Source of the DNA: Candidatus Cloacimonadales bacterium
GTDB taxonomy: Bacteria; Cloacimonadota; Cloacimonadia; Cloacimonadales; JAFGVF01
Assembly (NCBI GenBank): GCA_963662585.1
Contig: OY759729.1
Span: 2,592,001 to 2,656,000, forward strand
Reading direction: 5' to 3'
Length of the DNA stretch: 64,000 nucleotides
The translations under genes were made by a program, and so were the position numbers. The notes beneath the pieces were generated by a model, which saw nothing but the letters and a program-made list of their open reading frames with translations, was not told the origin of the DNA and did no database searches. Shown piece by piece: positions 59,229 through 64,000 of this stretch (positions are counted from its first letter, which is position 1; each line of letters starts with the position of its first letter).

Positions 59229-62158
59229 CAAAGAAAAGATTATTAAGTGGATTCTTCACTCTTTTATTATTGTTAGGAGTGAGTTTTGTAGGTGCTATTC
59301 CAGAAAATCAAATTATTCCTTTTGCGATTCCTTTTGCTCTTAGTGCAAACTCTGATGCTTCAATAGTCGTTGGTTATGTAGGTAATAATGAAGGAGCGTA
59401 TTATTGGACAGAAGAGAGTGGCGTAGTCTCTTTAGGTCCTGGTGATGCTAATGGTGTTTCTGAGAATAATAAAGTTGTAGGAACAAGTGTTATCAGTGAT
59501 GATAATGGCTCAAGAGCTACAGCAGGGTATTGGAATCTAGAGGGTGAATTTACAGAAATTGGCAATTTCCCTGGTATCGAGCCAACAGCTGATGGCTACT
59601 TTAGTGATGGATATGCAATCTCCTCAGATGGTACGGTAATTGCTGGAATGGGTTGGACTGGTGGCTGGACTGCAAATGCCATGAAATGGTCAGAAGAGAC
59701 TGGTATGATAAACTTAAGATCTTCTGATGAGTCTAGTAGGGTTAATACTATGAACTCTGATGGTTCAATTGTCGCAGGTTGGCTAGAATCAAACTATATG
59801 CGATATGCTGTTTACTGGGATGCTGAAAATGAAGAACATATCATTCCAGGTCTTGGTGATAGTGAGGTAATGTCAGTAAGTGCAAATGGTGAGTTAATGG
59901 TCGGTAACTCTGACTCTCAAGCCTTTATTTATGATGGTCAAGAGACAGTTCTTTTTGGCTCATCAGAAATGGGTTGGAGCACAGTAACTTCTCATGTTAC
60001 TAACAATGGTTTAGTTGTTGGTTTAGAAAGGAACTTTTTTGAAAATTCTCAGTATGGAATTATCTATAATGAAACTATGGGAGTAGTTTCAGCAAATGAA
60101 TACTTCACACAAAGAGGAGTTGTAATTCCCGAAAATTATACAATTTATGCAGTATCATGGGTCTCTGAAGATGGTAGAACATTCATAGGATGGGGTGGAA
60201 GTGATTCTGCAGGATTCATTGTAAGATTATCTGAATCTGCTTTTATCACAGGAAATGTTACAGCTGAGAATAATGGAGATGTTACTCTTGCTACAATTAC
60301 AAATGGTTTTGAAACAGTTAATCCTAACGCAGAAGGTAATTATGAATTAACAGTCAGTCCTGGAACACAAACTCTAACAGTAACTATGCCTGGTTATTAT
60401 ACTCAAACTTCTGACGAGATTGAACTTCTTGCAGGTGAGACTGTCACAGATGTTGATTTTGCTTTAGAAGAGATCACTGATTCAGCAACAATTCAAGGAA
60501 ACATTACTTTAATTGGGGGCTCAGCAAGCATTGCTCAAGCTACTATTCAAGCCGGAGAATTTATGGCAAGTCCTGATTCTGAAGGCAATTATGAATTAAT
60601 AGTGGCAACAGGAGCCTATAATCTTTCCATTGCTTTAAATGGATATTTTGATTACCAGTATGAGCTAACAGTAGTAGCAGGGGAAGTTTTTGAGTTAGAT
60701 ATAGAATTATATTCTCTTGATACCATAAATTCACTTGTTATTAATGTTAATGGTGATGCTGATATTGATTATGCTAATACTAGAATTTTCGTAAATCACC
60801 ATACTCCAGGGGGGAATTACTTCACTCCTCAAGAAGATGGGACTTTAACACTCGGAATACTTTATGAAGAGAATATTACTATCTCAGTTTATGCACCTGG
60901 TTTCTTAGCTGAAAGAGTAGAAGGAGTAACTACAAATCCAGCTAGACCAACTATTGTAGAATTTAATTTAGAGAAAGTCTATAATGCTCCAAGAAATCTT
61001 AGTAGAAATGAATCAGGTTTACTAGAATGGGAAGCAGCTTATGTTTTAGATAGTTATGTAGATAATTTCGAATCTTACCCTACTGGATCAGGTATCTGCT
61101 TGAACAATCCTATGTGGTTGCCAATTGGTGGGGCTATGGGAAGTGAAGTGGAACCTGTAATTGCTGAAAATAGCTATATTAATGATAGTAAGTATCTTGA
61201 AATTACTTCTACTAACGATGCAATAGTTGATGTTGGTAAAGTTCTGGATATGGAAGATAATTTAACAACAGGCAGATATGAAGTAAACTTCGATATTATG
61301 GTTCCTAACGGATTTGCAGGACATTATAATATAATTCGTTCTTTAGAAGACTTAGAGTTTAGTTTAGAGGTTTTCTTTAGAGAAGATGGCACTTTACAGA
61401 TTCATCATAGCGGGGATGTATTTGCTAATGGAAGCTATAATCATAATGAATGGATTAAAGTTAAGCATGTTATTGACTTAGTAAGTGATTCAGCTTCACT
61501 CATGATTAATGGCCAAGAAATCGCTTTATGGCAATTCTCAGCTCACGCTTATGACGCAGGATTTGGAGTTAATAGATTAGATCTAATCAATTTTAGTGGA
61601 GACTCTGAACCTACAGTTGAGGAAGCATCTCTTTTCTACATAGATAATTTTGCCTTTAGTGAAATCGATGGTTTTGGAGCTAATGGATATTTGGTTTATA
61701 GAGATGATATGTTATTAACAAACACCCCTCTTTCAAATTTGGCTTACTCGGATGTTGATTTAGAAGATGGTAATTATAACTATGCCGTAACTGCTCTTTA
61801 TGATGAAATAGAGTCAGACCCTGCTGTATTAGCTGTAGAGATAAATGGAACAAGTAATGATGATAATAATAATGTGGGTTTAGTAACAACTTTAAATGAT
61901 AATTATCCTAATCCTTTTAATCCTGAAACAACAATCAGCTATTCAATTGCTCAAGATGATTTTGTCTTAATTGAAGTCTTTAACATAAGAGGTCAGAAAG
62001 TGATAACTTTAGTAAGAGAAAACCTCAAGAAAGGTGCTCATAATGTTGTCTGGAATGGTTTAGATAAGAGTGGAAATCAGGTAAATAGTGGTTTATATCT
62101 TTATAGAATGAAAGTTGGGAATCAAACAAGAACTAAGAAAATGACCTTAATCAAATAA
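59225..62158 (+). CDS. Large secreted protein: HAF-like propeller, carboxypeptidase-regulatory-like domains, FlgD/T9SS-like tail
   Basis: Signal peptide; S.DG.(I/V).G repeats; two GNYEL.V..G repeats; NYPNPFNP tail. Confidence 0.85.
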   Translation: MTKKRLLSGFFTLLLLLGVSFVGAIPENQIIPFAIPFALSANSDASIVVGYVGNNEGAYYWTEESGVVSLGPGDANGVSENNKVVGTSVISDDNGSRATAGYWNLEGEFTEIGNFPGIEPTADGYFSDGYAISSDGTVIAGMGWTGGWTANAMKWSEETGMINLRSSDESSRVNTMNSDGSIVAGWLESNYMRYAVYWDAENEEHIIPGLGDSEVMSVSANGELMVGNSDSQAFIYDGQETVLFGSSEMGWSTVTSHVTNNGLVVGLERNFFENSQYGIIYNETMGVVSANEYFTQRGVVIPENYTIYAVSWVSEDGRTFIGWGGSDSAGFIVRLSESAFITGNVTAENNGDVTLATITNGFETVNPNAEGNYELTVSPGTQTLTVTMPGYYTQTSDEIELLAGETVTDVDFALEEITDSATIQGNITLIGGSASIAQATIQAGEFMASPDSEGNYELIVATGAYNLSIALNGYFDYQYELTVVAGEVFELDIELYSLDTINSLVINVNGDADIDYANTRIFVNHHTPGGNYFTPQEDGTLTLGILYEENITISVYAPGFLAERVEGVTTNPARPTIVEFNLEKVYNAPRNLSRNESGLLEWEAAYVLDSYVDNFESYPTGSGICLNNPMWLPIGGAMGSEVEPVIAENSYINDSKYLEITSTNDAIVDVGKVLDMEDNLTTGRYEVNFDIMVPNGFAGHYNIIRSLEDLEFSLEVFFREDGTLQIHHSGDVFANGSYNHNEWIKVKHVIDLVSDSASLMINGQEIALWQFSAHAYDAGFGVNRLDLINFSGDSEPTVEEASLFYIDNFAFSEIDGFGANGYLVYRDDMLLTNTPLSNLAYSDVDLEDGNYNYAVTALYDEIESDPAVLAVEINGTSNDDNNNVGLVTTLNDNYPNPFNPETTISYSIAQDDFVLIEVFNIRGQKVITLVRENLKKGAHNVVWNGLDKSGNQVNSGLYLYRMKVGNQTRTKKMTLIK

Positions 62159-62208
62159 AAATAATAATCTCTTTATTTAATAAAAGAGGATATTCTCTCC
62201 TTAAGTGT

Positions 62209-62241
62209 CAGAAGGCATAGCTTAGCTATGCCTTCTGTTTT
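62209..62241. terminator. Terminator between convergent genes
   Basis: CAGAAGGCATAG-CTTAG-CTATGCCTTCTG-TTTT. Confidence 0.8.
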
Positions 62242-62250
62242 ATATAGACT

Positions 62251-63654
62251 TTAACTCATCTTAGCCATTCTTTTAAATCTTCTAAAGGAAACATTTAAAT
62301 AGCGAGCTGATCTAGAAATATTCCCATCAAACTTCTTTAATATTTTGTGGGCTAATTCATACTCTAATTCATCAATAGGGAAGAAGTCGTTGGGTAATTT
62401 GATAGAAAAGTTATCATCGAAACTACTTTTTATATTACTTGCTTTTCCGATGAATGCCTCTAAATGACGAATATTCAATTCAGATTCATCATACAATAAA
62501 ACTACTCTATCAATCACTGATTTTAACTCTCTAACATTTCCATACCAAGGATTATTCTCTAATACCTCTAAAGCTTGGTGTGAAATGCTTTTAAATGATT
62601 TATTGCGAAGAGAACTGGCCTCCTTTAAGAAAAGAAGAGCTAGCATACCGATTTCGGGTACTCGTTCTCTTAAAGGTGGTATAACAATGTTTCCAGAATT
62701 AATACGATAATAGAGGTCTTCCCTAAATTTACCTTGAGCAATACTTTCAGTTAAATCAACATTAGTAGCAAAAATGAACCTTACATCTAGTTTAATAGAT
62801 TTTTTACCTTGTACTCGATAAAACTCTTTTTCTTGCAAAACTCTTAACAGTTTTGGTTGTAATTCAAGAGGCAGATCTCCAATTTCGTCAAAGAAGATTG
62901 TACCTCCTTGAGCCATTTCAAACTTCCCGATAGAACCACTCGAAACAGCACCTGTGAAAGCACCTTTTTCATAACCAAAGAGTTCACTTTCAAAAAGAGT
63001 GTTATTAATTGCAGAACAATTTACTGAAATATATGGCTTATTACTAGTATTTTCGCCTTGATGAATAATCTTAGCAATAATCTCTTTACCGGTTCCAGTT
63101 TCTCCATTTATTAATACAGGCAGATCTCTGTGATTATGGTATGCTAAAGCTAATTGCACTACTTCTTGCATCTTGGCTGAGAATATCCCAATTCTCTTAC
63201 CAGGAAATAGCTTATTAAAAATTAAATTATACTGCTCTATTTTTTTATTTAGATTATTACTACTTTTAGGGTTCTCTATCTTATTAGTTTGCTCTTGTTC
63301 AATATTCTTTAAAATACCTGCTAATTCTTTAACATTCAAGGGCTTGAGTAGATAATCATAAGCTCCTGTTCGTAAAGCTTCCAAACTTGTCTTTAACTCT
63401 CCATAGCCAGTTATTAAAATAACTTTGGTTTGATTATTAGTATCAATATTCTTAATAGCTTTAAGAAGATCAAGTCCATTCATACCAGGCATTCTAATAT
63501 CTGAAATTACTAATTCATATCTCTTCTCTGAGTAGAATTTAAAAGCAGATTCACAGTTGTCAAATTCTTCAACATGGTGCATTAAAGGGTCTCGTAAAAA
63601 GTCTGAAATTGCTCTTCTACTTACTTCTTCATCATCTATTAATATAATATTCAT
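62251..63654 (-). CDS. NtrC-family sigma54-dependent response regulator
   Basis: REC (DDE, SDIRMPG), GETGTGKE, GAFTGA, FDEIG, GNVREL, C-terminal HTH. Confidence 0.95.
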   Translation of the reverse strand: MNIILIDDEEVSRRAISDFLRDPLMHHVEEFDNCESAFKFYSEKRYELVISDIRMPGMNGLDLLKAIKNIDTNNQTKVILITGYGELKTSLEALRTGAYDYLLKPLNVKELAGILKNIEQEQTNKIENPKSSNNLNKKIEQYNLIFNKLFPGKRIGIFSAKMQEVVQLALAYHNHRDLPVLINGETGTGKEIIAKIIHQGENTSNKPYISVNCSAINNTLFESELFGYEKGAFTGAVSSGSIGKFEMAQGGTIFFDEIGDLPLELQPKLLRVLQEKEFYRVQGKKSIKLDVRFIFATNVDLTESIAQGKFREDLYYRINSGNIVIPPLRERVPEIGMLALLFLKEASSLRNKSFKSISHQALEVLENNPWYGNVRELKSVIDRVVLLYDESELNIRHLEAFIGKASNIKSSFDDNFSIKLPNDFFPIDELEYELAHKILKKFDGNISRSARYLNVSFRRFKRMAKMS

Positions 63655-64000
63655 CCTTTCTCCTCAATTGAATCTAATAAAGGTATTTTTATGGTAAACT
63701 TACATCCTCCAAACTTGTTTTTGGAATGAGTTACCTGGGCATTTAAATCTTTAGAAAAGTTCTTAACAAGGGTTAATCCTAAGCCTGTTCCAAAATTCTC
63801 TTCTTTAGAACTAACAAATGGTTCAAAGATGTTTTCAGCAATTTCAGGAGGAATACCCTCTCCGTTATCATCAATCTGAATCACTGCTAAATCTTCTTCT
63901 ACAGAGGTCGTAACAATAATTCTTTTCTCGTTATGTGAAACACTATCTAAAGCTTGAACTGAGTTGGTTATTAAATTAATAATGATTTGCTCTAGACTGA
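63651..64000 (-). CDS. Sensor histidine kinase, C-terminal HATPase part (5'-truncated)
   Basis: Frame open to the window end: LEQIIINLITNSVQA N-box, DNGEGI, IFEPF, GTGLGL; stop overlaps the regulator start. Confidence 0.92.
   Translation of the reverse strand, partial: SLEQIIINLITNSVQALDSVSHNEKRIIVTTSVEEDLAVIQIDDNGEGIPPEIAENIFEPFVSSKEENFGTGLGLTLVKNFSKDLNAQVTHSKNKFGGCKFTIKIPLLDSIEEKG

Overview
AT-rich bacterial chromosomal window, very probably Candidatus Cloacimonadota. The evidence is a kat-kce lysine-fermentation pair closely resembling that of Cloacimonas acidaminovorans and several secreted proteins with FlgD/T9SS-like C-terminal domains. Housekeeping and metabolic genes include glmS, rpsT, tpx, mscS, hydG, ABC permeases, glycosyltransferases and two identical tRNA-Phe(GAA). 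Mobile elements are an intact IS4-like element with a 14-bp target duplication and a class IIC-like group II intron inserted behind the kce terminator. Four items stand out: (1) a sigma54-preceded operon of PqqD/RRE, ATP-grasp ligase, PLP decarboxylase, urea-transporter/M23 fusion, TPR and TPR-beta-barrel, with no function I can assign; (2) GC-rich 59/62-bp tandem arrays attached to a conserved ~42-bp leader that occurs with 0, ~2.5 and ~8.5 units; (3) a candidate unclassified riboswitch/attenuator upstream of TM1266-hydG; (4) a cysteine-rich porin, secreted protein and flavinylation-motif cassette. All calls come from reading the sequence by eye; no searches were run.
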